Part shown: one piece after another, positions 48,445-58,186 of the stretch
Position numbering within the stretch: position 1 is the stretch's first letter
How the letters are laid out: each line of letters begins with the position of its first letter
DNA from: Candidatus Aceula lacicola
GTDB taxonomy: Bacteria; Omnitrophota; Gorgyraeia; Zapsychrales; Aceulaceae
Length of the DNA: 64,000 nucleotides
NCBI GenBank assembly: GCA_030765785.1
Contig: JAVCCC010000018.1
Location: forward strand, 761-64,760
Direction: 5' to 3'
Program-made: the position numbers and the translations under genes
Notes under the pieces: generated by a model
Seen by the model: only the letters and a program-made list of their open reading frames with translations
The model's database searches: none
Told to the model about the DNA's origin: nothing

Positions 48445-49608
48445 TTATTTTATATTTTTCTTTAAAAAAAATGTATACCGAATGGCGTCAACTGGACAGA
48501 CATTTAAGCATCGAGCACAGCTAAAACAATCTGCGGGCATTTTTTTGCCTTTAACTCGGTCTTCTGCAGCTTTTAAAGGGCACGCCTTTATGCAGGCACC
48601 GCATTGGGTGCATTTTTCTTTGTCAATTTTAACACGAAAGATGCTGAATTTTTCAGCTATCCAGGAAATTAAACCAAAAGGACAGATAAGCTGGCAAAAT
48701 GGACGGTAAAAAACAAGTGATACTAGCAAGGTAATGATGACTGTCAGAAGAAGACTTAATGTTTCGAAATCAAGATTAAATAGATTAAAAGGGTTAACAT
48801 AGTGATAGATTACAAATCCTTTGCGTCCTCCAATAATCCCAAACAGAAAAAGAAATGTGGTTATAAAAAGGCATGCACGGATTGTGTTTGTGAGCACAAA
48901 AGGAAGTTTTTTTTCTTTGATTTTTCGCAAAATTGGCATGCTGTAGATAAGTTCTTGTAAAGCGCCAAAAGGACACGCCCAGCCACAGATAATTTTATTT
49001 CCAACAATGGCTAATATAATAAAGAATACAAAGGCGACTATTTTGACCATAGGGTCAGGATAAAGTCCAATCATGGATTTGAAGACCTTCACAATACTTT
49101 CCATTGGGTTAGGTGATTTACCGAGGAGAAATCCAGCTATTGCTACAGAAAGCAAGAGAGAAATAATGTATGGAGTGCGGGGATACCAATCATGGCGGTT
49201 TTTAATATCTGATCCATCTGGACGTCCCAGTCTTACAAGAAACACAAGCCCCCACGCAAACAATGCGATATAAACATAATATTTGAGCATAGAATCACGA
49301 TGAGATAGCAGATGTTCAACGCTATGCTGAAGGGTCTCTTCGGTGATTCCCATCGAACTAAGAGATTTTTTTTTGGGAGCATCGAGCTGCAGATCTAATT
49401 CGCGAGCAAGAGCTTTGCCTGTAACTTCGAGTTTTGGGGCAATATCCTGAATAGACATATTAATATTGAAATTAGCCGTCTTTTCTAATTCGCTTGGTGA
49501 GTTCGACAAAACTCCAAAGGATATGACCGCAAACATTCCCACAACAGTCGTAAGCAGCCAAATTTGTTGTTTGAAAGAAATCTGTGAGAGCCAGGACGTA
49601 GTTTTCAT
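48445..49608 (-). CDS. NapH/MauN/NosR-like membrane polyferredoxin
   Basis: 387 aa; TM helices, two CxxxCPFG motifs (CGWACPFG, CQLICPFG) and two CxxCxxCxxxCP [4Fe-4S] motifs. Confidence 0.65.
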   Translation of the reverse strand: MKTTSWLSQISFKQQIWLLTTVVGMFAVISFGVLSNSPSELEKTANFNINMSIQDIAPKLEVTGKALARELDLQLDAPKKKSLSSMGITEETLQHSVEHLLSHRDSMLKYYVYIALFAWGLVFLVRLGRPDGSDIKNRHDWYPRTPYIISLLLSVAIAGFLLGKSPNPMESIVKVFKSMIGLYPDPMVKIVAFVFFIILAIVGNKIICGWACPFGALQELIYSMPILRKIKEKKLPFVLTNTIRACLFITTFLFLFGIIGGRKGFVIYHYVNPFNLFNLDFETLSLLLTVIITLLVSLVFYRPFCQLICPFGLISWIAEKFSIFRVKIDKEKCTQCGACIKACPLKAAEDRVKGKKMPADCFSCARCLNVCPVDAIRYTFFLKKNIK

Positions 49609-49774
49609 TTTTTCCCCATAATAAGTTAATGCATCAATGTTTTCAGAAACTTTTTTTCTGAAATTGTTACCAAATTTTATTTAAATAATTTGTCAATATC
49701 GTACAATACTGCATCCATCGGCCAGCCAAAAGTTCGAAGAAAAATATTTCCCATCTAACCATTCCTTTTTTGCC

Positions 49775-50419
49775 TTATAAAATCATTTTAAAGACAATCC
49801 TTGAACCTAAAACAATTAAAATTAATCCGCACAACACCTTTATCATCATTTTTATTTTTTTGTTTTGTGACAAGAGGCTTGATGCTTTTGCTGAAAACAT
49901 CATTAAGATAACAAGAGGAGAAATGACAGTCCCAAAACCAAAGACAAAAGAAAAAATAATCGCATCTAAAGGCGTGCGTGAAACAACCACAATATAATTT
50001 AAAATTCCTAACAGAGGAGGGCATGGAGAAAAACCAACGAGCAATCCAAAGAGTCCTACATTTTTGACATGCCCTTGATGCAACCGCGAACAGAGCATAG
50101 ACAGCCTTGCGCCTTTATCGAAAATCGTTGCGACTCCAAGCAAAACAATAAAACAGCCTAAGAAAAGATATATGGATTGTGAGTATCTTTGAAGGACTGG
50201 ATCTTGTAACGCTTTTGTGCCAAAGGCACAAATTAATCCTAAAATGACATAGCTGAAAAGCTTTGAAACGGAAAAGGTCAAATAAGATAAAAATGATTCT
50301 CTAAGAGATTTTTTATGGGCGGCAGCATAGCTTATCAACAATGGACCGCAAAAACTAAGGCAAGGACCTGACCCAAGAATAATTCCAGTAAGAAATAAAT
50401 AATATAGATTTTCTTTCAT
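49775..50419 (-). CDS. DsbD_2/CcdA-like integral membrane protein (paired Pro-Cys motifs)
   Basis: 214 aa, ~6 TM; GSGPCLSFCGPLL and GFSPCPPLLG motifs; family assignment tentative. Confidence 0.35.
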   Translation of the reverse strand: MKENLYYLFLTGIILGSGPCLSFCGPLLISYAAAHKKSLRESFLSYLTFSVSKLFSYVILGLICAFGTKALQDPVLQRYSQSIYLFLGCFIVLLGVATIFDKGARLSMLCSRLHQGHVKNVGLFGLLVGFSPCPPLLGILNYIVVVSRTPLDAIIFSFVFGFGTVISPLVILMMFSAKASSLLSQNKKIKMMIKVLCGLILIVLGSRIVFKMIL

Positions 50420-50455
50420 GTTCTGTGTAGGATAATATACGCTATAAAGGAAAAA

Positions 50456-52576
50456 TTGTCTATGATTAGGTTCGTAATTCTTGGTTTTGTCAGCATCATC
50501 CTTCAGCTCGCATGTTTAAGGGAATTTACTTTCTCGATTGCAAAAAACGAATTAGCGCTTATTTTGGCTTCTGGGCTTTGGTTTATCTTCTGTTCTGGCG
50601 GAAGCCTTGTCGGCACAAGAAGAAAACTTTTCCCTCTTTCTTGTTTGCCTCTTATTTTCTCTATTGTTTTTTGTTTTTCTATAAGCGTCTGTCATCTTGC
50701 TAAATTATTAATTGGATTAAATTATTATGAAACGACTGGCTTAAATGTCGCCATTTTACTTGGCGTTCTTTTAATCGGACCATTAAGCTTTCTTGCAGGA
50801 TATTCTTTCGGCACGCTCTGTCGACTATACTTAAAACATAATCCTTACTCATCTAAAACACTTTCACAATTTTTTGCTTATGAAGCCCTGGGAATCTTTT
50901 TAGGAGGAGTTGCTTTTTCATTTTGCTTATCAAGTTACTCAAATCCTTTTATCTTTGTTATCTTGCCGATATTATTTGTACCAAAATTATATTTTAAAAA
51001 AGGTAAAAAAATTATTCTATCCGTAATGCTTCTTTTCTTAAGCGTTGCGTTTTTTTTTAGTTTCACATCTATCCTAAAAAAAGAATTCAAAGGTGCGGAC
51101 ATTCTTATGAACCTCGGATCTCCATATGGCCCGATCATATTAGCTAAAAAATTTGGAACAGAATTTTTGTATGTCAACGGCTCGCTAGCTGCGACAAGCG
51201 AAGATAAGATGTGGAATGAGAAATTTGTTCATATCAGCCTTTCTGCTAAAGGTAATGCCAAAAATGTTCTTTTGATAGGGCCATATTTTGTCGACCAAAT
51301 TAATGAAATTATGAAACATCACATCGCTCAGCTGGATTGCGTAAGCATCAATCCTGTGCTCTCGCGTCTAGCACAAGAAAAAATTACGCGGAATCATCGC
51401 TCCGACATCAATTTTATAACAAACGATCCCCGTCTCTATATTGCAAAAACAAACAAAAAATATGACTGCATTCTAATGAACATCTCCTTCCCTGCCAGCA
51501 TAGAATTGAATCGTTATTTTTCGGTGGAATTTTTTAATCTTGTGCGATCGCATTTAAATAAAGAAGGCGTTTTTTCTTTTCACATTCCTTCCAAACGTGA
51601 CATTCTAAGTCCGAACATCTTAAATTTTAATTCTTGTATCATAAACACTCTTGATCGGGCATTTCCTCATAGGCTTCTTGTCCCCTCAGACACTATGATC
51701 ATCATGGCAGCAAACACTCCTTTTGCCTCAACCCGTTTAATAGACAATTTTCTAAAGGCAAAAATTCGAAGTGATTATATTACCGCTTATTATTTAAAAG
51801 ATTTTCTGGATCCCAGTCGACAGCAATATTTTGAGCAAATGTTAAACACCAACATAAGTATAAATAAAGATTATTCGCCTACAGGGTTCCTTTATTATCT
51901 TTTGCTCCAACAAGCCAAATTCTATCCAAATTTATCAATCCATGTTCGGCAAACAAAACATATAATAACTATTGCGTTCATTGTCGTTGTCTTGTTCCTT
52001 GGAATCGCTGGCTTCTTTAAGAGAAAAAAGTTTTTAATTGTCAATGCGGCCCTTATCGGATTCTGTTCCATTGGCATGATGACAACAATATATGTCATCT
52101 TTCAAGTTTGTTCCGGAGCGTTGTTCTGGAGGATGGGAATTTTGATCGGTTTATTTATGCTGGGATTAAGCCTCGCGACATTTTATGTAAATTTTTCACT
52201 GGAAAAGATATCGACCACCAGGCGCACATTAGCCTACCTCTACTTCTTCTGGGGAATTTTAATTTTAATTTTATTTTTAGGAGTAAAAATTATTGAACAG
52301 AAGACTTATATGACATCCATCCTTTATCTTTGCGCGGTTATGGCCGGAGGGTTGACAGGGGCTGGTTATCCTATTCTGACAAATCTTATCTTAAAGAATA
52401 AAGCCAATCCGAAAAATATAACGGCATGGATTTATTCTTCTGATCTGGTCGGTTCCTTTTTAGGAACCATTCTTTTTTCGGTTCTCTTTATCCCTTTTCT
52501 GGGAATAACCCGAAGCTTGTGGATGCTTGTTTTTCTTGTGCTAGTCTTTGGGATAAAAAATTTCTTGATGAGATAA
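50456..52576 (+). CDS. Membrane-embedded spermidine synthase-like (aminopropyltransferase-fold) protein
   Basis: 706 aa; ~6 N-terminal TM, central Rossmann-like PABS-type domain (NVLLIGPYFV...DCILMNISFP...), ~6 C-terminal TM. Confidence 0.5.
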   Translation: MSMIRFVILGFVSIILQLACLREFTFSIAKNELALILASGLWFIFCSGGSLVGTRRKLFPLSCLPLIFSIVFCFSISVCHLAKLLIGLNYYETTGLNVAILLGVLLIGPLSFLAGYSFGTLCRLYLKHNPYSSKTLSQFFAYEALGIFLGGVAFSFCLSSYSNPFIFVILPILFVPKLYFKKGKKIILSVMLLFLSVAFFFSFTSILKKEFKGADILMNLGSPYGPIILAKKFGTEFLYVNGSLAATSEDKMWNEKFVHISLSAKGNAKNVLLIGPYFVDQINEIMKHHIAQLDCVSINPVLSRLAQEKITRNHRSDINFITNDPRLYIAKTNKKYDCILMNISFPASIELNRYFSVEFFNLVRSHLNKEGVFSFHIPSKRDILSPNILNFNSCIINTLDRAFPHRLLVPSDTMIIMAANTPFASTRLIDNFLKAKIRSDYITAYYLKDFLDPSRQQYFEQMLNTNISINKDYSPTGFLYYLLLQQAKFYPNLSIHVRQTKHIITIAFIVVVLFLGIAGFFKRKKFLIVNAALIGFCSIGMMTTIYVIFQVCSGALFWRMGILIGLFMLGLSLATFYVNFSLEKISTTRRTLAYLYFFWGILILILFLGVKIIEQKTYMTSILYLCAVMAGGLTGAGYPILTNLILKNKANPKNITAWIYSSDLVGSFLGTILFSVLFIPFLGITRSLWMLVFLVLVFGIKNFLMR

Positions 52577-52596
52577 AAAACGGTCTATGGTAGGTC

Positions 52597-53841
52597 TTAA
52601 CGCCAAATCCCTGCGATCTTTTCTCCACAAAAAGGACATTTTCCTTCTTTAAGATTATTCTCTAGAATCGTATACCCTCGTCGTTTGATTAGCATCTTTC
52701 CGCAACGTGGACATCTTGTGTCTTCGCCGATTTGTTGCGGAATATTCCCGATATAAACAAAATTAAGCCCCACTTTTTTTGCAATATCATACGCCCGAAG
52801 CAAGCTGGACAGCGGCGTTGGAGAAAGGTTTGTAAGTTTGTACATTGGGAAAAATCGTCCAAAATGAATTGGCGTGTTCTTCCCTAAATTATCCTTGATC
52901 CACTGACAGAGCTGTAAAATTTCTTCATCGCTATCATTTCCTCCCGGGATTATTAGATTTGTTATCTCGAGCCACACCCCTTCTTCTTTTAATATTTTTA
53001 AAGTATTCAAAACTACGGCTAGATCGCCTTGTATAAATGTAGAATAAAATTCATCGCTGAAGCCTTTAAGATCAATATTAGCGGCTTTAATATATTTCGC
53101 TATTTCTCTTAGCGGTTTTTCTTGAATAAATCCTGCTGAATGCATTACGCAATCTATGTTTTGTTTTTTTGCCTCCTTAGCAATGTCCAACATATACTCA
53201 AAAAATATGGTAGGCTCTGTGTATGTAAAGGCAATCGTTTTTGAGCTGCTTTGCTTTGCCATCTCAACAACTTTTTTAGGCGAGACAAATTCTACGTCTA
53301 CTTTTTCAGCATCTAATCGAGATATCTCCCAATTTTGACAAAACTTGCATCGCAGATTACACCCTGCCGTCGCAAGAGAAAAAGATTTTGTCCCTGGATA
53401 GACATGATTTAATGGTTTTTTTTCAATCGGATCCACATGAAGAGCAACAGGTTGCCCATAGGTTAGCGCATACATCTTGCCTTTAATGTTTTTCCGTGCC
53501 TGGCACAATCCCTTTTGTCCATCTTTTAGAATACATCTGCGAGGACATAGTTGGCACTGGATTCTTTCGTCATCAAGATTTATCCAATACAAAGCTTCTT
53601 TAAGATTAACCAAAGGTCCTTTTTCTTTTAAGTCAGCTTTCGAATCAAGGGTAATCTTTTTTTCTTCTCCGATGTCGCGCACGCCTCCTTTTTTCCATCC
53701 GAAAAGAAGAATGATAAAAATCAATCCCGCAATTCCAACTAGCTGTATATAAAATTTTACTTGATTATTTTTTTGTGCTTTTTTAATAAGATTAAGAATT
53801 TTCATAATTTTATTCAACTTTCTTACACGCCCTTGTTGCAA
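52597..53841 (-). CDS. AmmeMemoRadiSam-system-type radical SAM enzyme (PFL-activase-like) with N-terminal TM anchor
   Basis: 414 aa; CQLCPRRC...LC N-terminal Cys cluster, AGCNLRCKFCQNWEIS radical SAM motif, C-terminal CPRCG...CPFCG zinc ribbon; N-terminal hydrophobic helix. Confidence 0.6.
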   Translation of the reverse strand: MQQGRVRKLNKIMKILNLIKKAQKNNQVKFYIQLVGIAGLIFIILLFGWKKGGVRDIGEEKKITLDSKADLKEKGPLVNLKEALYWINLDDERIQCQLCPRRCILKDGQKGLCQARKNIKGKMYALTYGQPVALHVDPIEKKPLNHVYPGTKSFSLATAGCNLRCKFCQNWEISRLDAEKVDVEFVSPKKVVEMAKQSSSKTIAFTYTEPTIFFEYMLDIAKEAKKQNIDCVMHSAGFIQEKPLREIAKYIKAANIDLKGFSDEFYSTFIQGDLAVVLNTLKILKEEGVWLEITNLIIPGGNDSDEEILQLCQWIKDNLGKNTPIHFGRFFPMYKLTNLSPTPLSSLLRAYDIAKKVGLNFVYIGNIPQQIGEDTRCPRCGKMLIKRRGYTILENNLKEGKCPFCGEKIAGIWR

Positions 53842-54190
53842 TAAGATTAACCCCGAGGCCTAAGAAGTCTCTTTGAATGACTTCACCACAATGAACAGGG
53901 TCGTGTATTCGTAGTTGCTTAATTTCTCTCATAGCTGTAATAAGTTTTGCTTTTGAAATTGGCTTATTTGTTTTAACAGGAATCATCTTAAATTCTAGCC
54001 CTTCGGCTAAAACAGATGATGTCAGCACCCTTGTGGGGTTTGTTATTTCTGCGCGCACGTATGCCTCGCCTTTTTCGCAGCTGTTTCCGGTGATCTCAAC
54101 AATTGTGCCCTCGTCAAGCGTAACGGTAATCTCGCAGCCTTTAGGGCATTCGATACATATGAATTTTTTTGTCAAACGAGGCTCTGTCAT
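53810..54190 (-). CDS. DUF1667 domain protein (Cys-rich small subunit associated with FAD-dependent G3P dehydrogenase-like oxidoreductases)
   Basis: 126 aa; CIECPKGCEITV ... NSCEKG Cys motifs; conserved neighbourhood with the two FAD oxidoreductases and glpK. Confidence 0.55.
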   Translation of the reverse strand: MTEPRLTKKFICIECPKGCEITVTLDEGTIVEITGNSCEKGEAYVRAEITNPTRVLTSSVLAEGLEFKMIPVKTNKPISKAKLITAMREIKQLRIHDPVHCGEVIQRDFLGLGVNLIATRACKKVE

Positions 54191-55170
54191 AAACGACTCC
54201 CTAGAAATTCTGCAGCTTGTTTTCCGGCGATTTCACTGTCGAGGGAAACAGAATCCGCTAAATCATAAACTTTGTAAGAATTTCCACAGACAAACAATCC
54301 TTTAATCGATGTTGTGTTAAGTTCGCTGGATACAGGGCAATTTGTTTTCTTGTCGATGGCAACCCCGGCCATTTCAATTAATTCATTCTCTGGAATCAAT
54401 CCAACAGATACCAAAACAGTATCGCAATCGATTGAAAATCCTGAATCCTCTATAGGATTGAAATGATCGTCGACCTTGATAACAGCCACTTTTTCAACAC
54501 GTTTATTGCCATAAATACGCGCAATTTTATGACTAAAATAAAGCGGAATATCAAAATCGTTTAAACATTGAACGACATTACGAATAAGCCCTCGACTTTC
54601 TTTTTGAATTTCAACAACAGCTTTGACTTTGGCACCCTCAAGCGTCAGGCGACGCGCCATAATCAGACCAATGTCGCCGGAGCCAACAATCACGACTTCC
54701 TTTCCAGGAAGAAGGCCTTCAATGTTTATTAATTTTTGAGCAAGTCCAGCAGAAAATATTCCTGCAGGCCTCGTACCTGGAACATGAATCATCTCCCTTG
54801 TTTTTTCACGACACCCCGTTGCCATAATGATTGTTTTGGCTTTAACTTGTTGAAGGCTTCCGGGTTTTAATATGGTAAGAATTTTATGGGGTTCTAATTT
54901 TACAACAAATGAACGAAGACTAACTTCAATTTGTTTGATGGATCGGATTTCATCAGTAACTTTTTGCGCGTATTCCGGACCTGTCAAAATTTCTTTAAAA
55001 TATTCAAGGCCAAATCCGGGATGGATGCATTGGTTGAGTATTCCGCCTAAGCGCTGGTCGCGTTCAATGATAAGAACATCTTTGACGCCATTTTTGTAGG
55101 CACAAAGAGCGGCTGCCATTCCAGCTGGGCCTCCTCCAACAATAACAAGATCTCTCTCAGTCATTGTCAC
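54187..55170 (-). CDS. NAD(P)/FAD-dependent oxidoreductase (pyridine nucleotide-disulfide oxidoreductase fold; GlpB-like partner)
   Basis: 327 aa; VIVGGGPAGMAAAL and second GSGDIG dinucleotide motifs. Confidence 0.65.
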   Translation of the reverse strand: MTMTERDLVIVGGGPAGMAAALCAYKNGVKDVLIIERDQRLGGILNQCIHPGFGLEYFKEILTGPEYAQKVTDEIRSIKQIEVSLRSFVVKLEPHKILTILKPGSLQQVKAKTIIMATGCREKTREMIHVPGTRPAGIFSAGLAQKLINIEGLLPGKEVVIVGSGDIGLIMARRLTLEGAKVKAVVEIQKESRGLIRNVVQCLNDFDIPLYFSHKIARIYGNKRVEKVAVIKVDDHFNPIEDSGFSIDCDTVLVSVGLIPENELIEMAGVAIDKKTNCPVSSELNTTSIKGLFVCGNSYKVYDLADSVSLDSEIAGKQAAEFLGSRL

Positions 55171-56605
55171 GCTCCTTGGTGACGATTTCTGAACCGGAAC
55201 CGTTTTTTGTAATTTTAGTCGGTGATTTTTTTAAACTTTCAGAAAGAATTTTCATGATACGAGTTGTACAAAATCCGCCGTGGCAACGGCCAGCTTGCGC
55301 ACGTGTCCGGAATTTAATACCATCAAGCGTTGTTGCGCCTCGAGCAATGGCGTCTTCAATTTCTTTTCGTGATACCATTTCACATCGACATACAATATCG
55401 CCGTACGCGGGATCTTTTTCAATGAGTTTTTTTGTTTTGCGAAGTGATGTCTCAAATAGATGAACCGTCTTCTTTCGGTGCGAATGAAACACTTTTCTCT
55501 TTTTTAATTTTAATCCTGCCGATTTTAAAATATCGCAAACCATGAGCGCAATCGCAGGTGCGGCAGTCAGCCCCGGAGACTGAATGCCTGCCACATTGAT
55601 AAATCCAGGCACTTTGTTTTCATGACGGATAATAAAATCATCTCCAGCGACAGGACGAAGCCCTGCAAAATAAGCAATAATATCATTTTCGTTAATGGAT
55701 GGAATCATGCGATTCACACCTTCCAAAACTTTTTTCAAACCTTGATCCGAGGTAGACAAGTCTTTTTTGTCGTCACCATCTTGCGCCGTGGGTCCAATCA
55801 TTGGATTTCCATCGGCTGTTTTGATGACCAAGATACCCTTTGATGTTTTTGATGGAAGCGGAAAAAGTAAATGATTAGCAATATGTTCTCGTTTTTTATC
55901 AAGGATAAATTCTTCGCCTTTGCGCGGGGTTATTTTAAAATCATCAATCCCCACCATGCGTGCAATTTCATCAGCAAACAAACCAGCTGCGTTGACAACG
56001 TATCGGCTTTTAAGCGTTCCACTTGGTATTTCAATCTCAAAATGCGCTGTAGAATTTTCTTTTGATTTTATCGGATGAATTTCGCTCACCTTAGAATTCG
56101 TATAAATTTTTACGCCATTTTGCATCGCATTTTCAGCCATATCATAAGCGAGTCGATAAGGGCTCACAATTCCAGCTGTTGGCGCATAAAGTGCGGCGAC
56201 GGCATTCTTGGAGAGATTTGGTTCACGTTCTCTGAGCCATTTTTTGCCGACGATTTTTAGTCTCGGGACGCCAAGTTTTTTGCCTTCTTCTTTAAGCTCT
56301 TCTAGGCGAGCAAGATCGTTTTCGTTAAACGCAACAATGAGCTCGCCGACTTGCTTGAAGTCAACACCGAGCTCTCGTGCAATTTTGCGAATTAATTTGT
56401 TACCTTTGACGCAAAGTTTTCCTTTTAATGATTCTGGAGAATTTTGTGTGCCAGGGTGGATAATGCCACTGTTGGATTTGGAGACACCAAAGGCAAGCTC
56501 CTCTTCTTTTTCAACAATAGCGATTTTTAATTGATAACGGGCAAGTTCGCGTGCGATGGATGTTCCGACAACGCCTGCGCCAATAATAATAATATCATAG
56601 ATCAT
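55157..56605 (-). CDS. FAD-dependent glycerol-3-phosphate dehydrogenase-like oxidoreductase with C-terminal BFD-like [2Fe-2S] domain
   Basis: 482 aa; IIIIGAGVVGTSIA DAO motif; C-terminal CRCEMVSRKEI...GRCHGGFC BFD-like Cys motif; adjacent to glpK. Confidence 0.65.
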   Translation of the reverse strand: MIYDIIIIGAGVVGTSIARELARYQLKIAIVEKEEELAFGVSKSNSGIIHPGTQNSPESLKGKLCVKGNKLIRKIARELGVDFKQVGELIVAFNENDLARLEELKEEGKKLGVPRLKIVGKKWLREREPNLSKNAVAALYAPTAGIVSPYRLAYDMAENAMQNGVKIYTNSKVSEIHPIKSKENSTAHFEIEIPSGTLKSRYVVNAAGLFADEIARMVGIDDFKITPRKGEEFILDKKREHIANHLLFPLPSKTSKGILVIKTADGNPMIGPTAQDGDDKKDLSTSDQGLKKVLEGVNRMIPSINENDIIAYFAGLRPVAGDDFIIRHENKVPGFINVAGIQSPGLTAAPAIALMVCDILKSAGLKLKKRKVFHSHRKKTVHLFETSLRKTKKLIEKDPAYGDIVCRCEMVSRKEIEDAIARGATTLDGIKFRTRAQAGRCHGGFCTTRIMKILSESLKKSPTKITKNGSGSEIVTKERDND

Positions 56606-58080
56606 GAAAGTGTCCGACCAACGGCTTTAAGCCAACCTGCATAAAGCGTGGCTGATGATTTCTTATCTATTTTCGGATAAAACTTTTTATCTTTTTTCCA
56701 GCAACTTTTTATTTCTTTTGCGTTACGCCAATATTTGACAGCCATTCCGGCAAGGTACGCAGCTCCCAAAGACGTTGTCTCGATCACTTTAGGTCGAACA
56801 ACACCGGATTGCAAGATATCGGCTTGGAACTGACATAAGAAATTATTCGCTACGGCCCCGCCATCAATTTTCAAATTCTTAATTTTTAACCCTGAATCTT
56901 TTTGCATGGCAATCACAACATCTTTGGTTTGATAGCACATGCTTTCAAGTGCGGCTCGTACAATGTGATTTTTTGTGATACCTCGCGTTAACCCTGTAAT
57001 GCTACCGCGCGCATCTTGGTCCCAATAAGGGGCCCCTAAGCCAACAAGTGCAGGCACAAAATAAACGCCCTCGTTATCTTTTGCAGCTAGCGCCATTTTT
57101 TCGGATTGCGAGGCATCTTTTAAGAGGTTGAGTCCGTCACGAAGCCATTGAATGGCAGCACCAGCAATAAAAATCGCACCTTCCAAAACATAAGCATGCC
57201 GTCCTTTTGAATCACAGCCTAGGGTTGTAATTAGTCCGTGTCTTGATGTGATGCGACGTTTGCCTGTATTAAGTAATAAAAAGCAGCCTGTGCCGTAAGT
57301 ATTTTTTATCGTACCTGGCTTAAAACACGTTTGCCCGAATAATGCAGATTGCTGATCTCCGGCGATTCCTGAAATAGGAATGCCTTCGGGTAATTGGCCA
57401 ATTTTTACAGTTTGGCCGAATACACCAGATGACGGCTGCACTTTAGGAAGCATTGATTTTGGAATTCCAAACTTTTTTAAAAGGATGTCATCCCACTTAA
57501 GTTTTTCAATATTAAAGATCATTGTCCGCGAGGCATTGGTATAATCTGTGGCGTGAACTTTGCCGCCTGTCAGCTTCCATAAAATCCATGAATCTGTTGT
57601 TCCAAAATGAAGCCTTCCTTGCCTTGCCTTTGCTCGCGCGTCTTTAACATTTTTTAGAATCCATTCGATTTTTGTTGCGGAAAAATAAGCATCAATGGGA
57701 AGGCCGGTTTTTTTCTTAAATAATGTAGCGGCCCCTTTTTGTTTTTTTAATGCATCGCAGCGAGCAGATGTTCTTCGGCATTGCCAGACAATCGCATTGT
57801 AAACAGGTTTGCCGGTTGCTTTGTCCCAGACCACCGTTGTTTCTCTTTGATTTGTAATTCCGATCGCAGCAATAGAGTTTTTTGGAATCTTTTTAAGAAC
57901 TTTTTGAATGGATCTGTAAACGCTTTTCCAGATTTCTTCGGGGTTATGTTCAACCCATCCTGGCTTTGGAAAATATTGAGGAAATTCTTCGTAGGCGCTA
58001 GCCTTAACCTTGCCTTGCTTGTCGTATACAACAGCACGACTGCCTGTCGTGCCCTGGTCTATTGCGAGTATAAACTTCAT
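56602..58080 (-). CDS. glpK: Glycerol kinase
   Basis: 492 aa; AIDQGTTGSRAVV N-terminal sugar-kinase motif, FGGY family C-domain. Confidence 0.9.
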   Translation of the reverse strand: MKFILAIDQGTTGSRAVVYDKQGKVKASAYEEFPQYFPKPGWVEHNPEEIWKSVYRSIQKVLKKIPKNSIAAIGITNQRETTVVWDKATGKPVYNAIVWQCRRTSARCDALKKQKGAATLFKKKTGLPIDAYFSATKIEWILKNVKDARAKARQGRLHFGTTDSWILWKLTGGKVHATDYTNASRTMIFNIEKLKWDDILLKKFGIPKSMLPKVQPSSGVFGQTVKIGQLPEGIPISGIAGDQQSALFGQTCFKPGTIKNTYGTGCFLLLNTGKRRITSRHGLITTLGCDSKGRHAYVLEGAIFIAGAAIQWLRDGLNLLKDASQSEKMALAAKDNEGVYFVPALVGLGAPYWDQDARGSITGLTRGITKNHIVRAALESMCYQTKDVVIAMQKDSGLKIKNLKIDGGAVANNFLCQFQADILQSGVVRPKVIETTSLGAAYLAGMAVKYWRNAKEIKSCWKKDKKFYPKIDKKSSATLYAGWLKAVGRTLS

Positions 58081-58135
58081 ATAACGTATATTTTAACACG
58101 GCTCTGGAATAAATTTTAAAAATTGTTAAAAATTT

Positions 58136-58160
58136 ACCCCCATTCACGCGGCGTGATGGG
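58136..58160 (-). terminator. Terminator-like hairpin downstream of PP2C sensor gene
   Basis: CCCAUCACGCCGCGUGAAUGGGGG hairpin followed by U-rich run on minus-strand transcript. Confidence 0.45.
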
Positions 58161-58186
58161 ATAAACGTCTGACCTTAGAAATTGTA

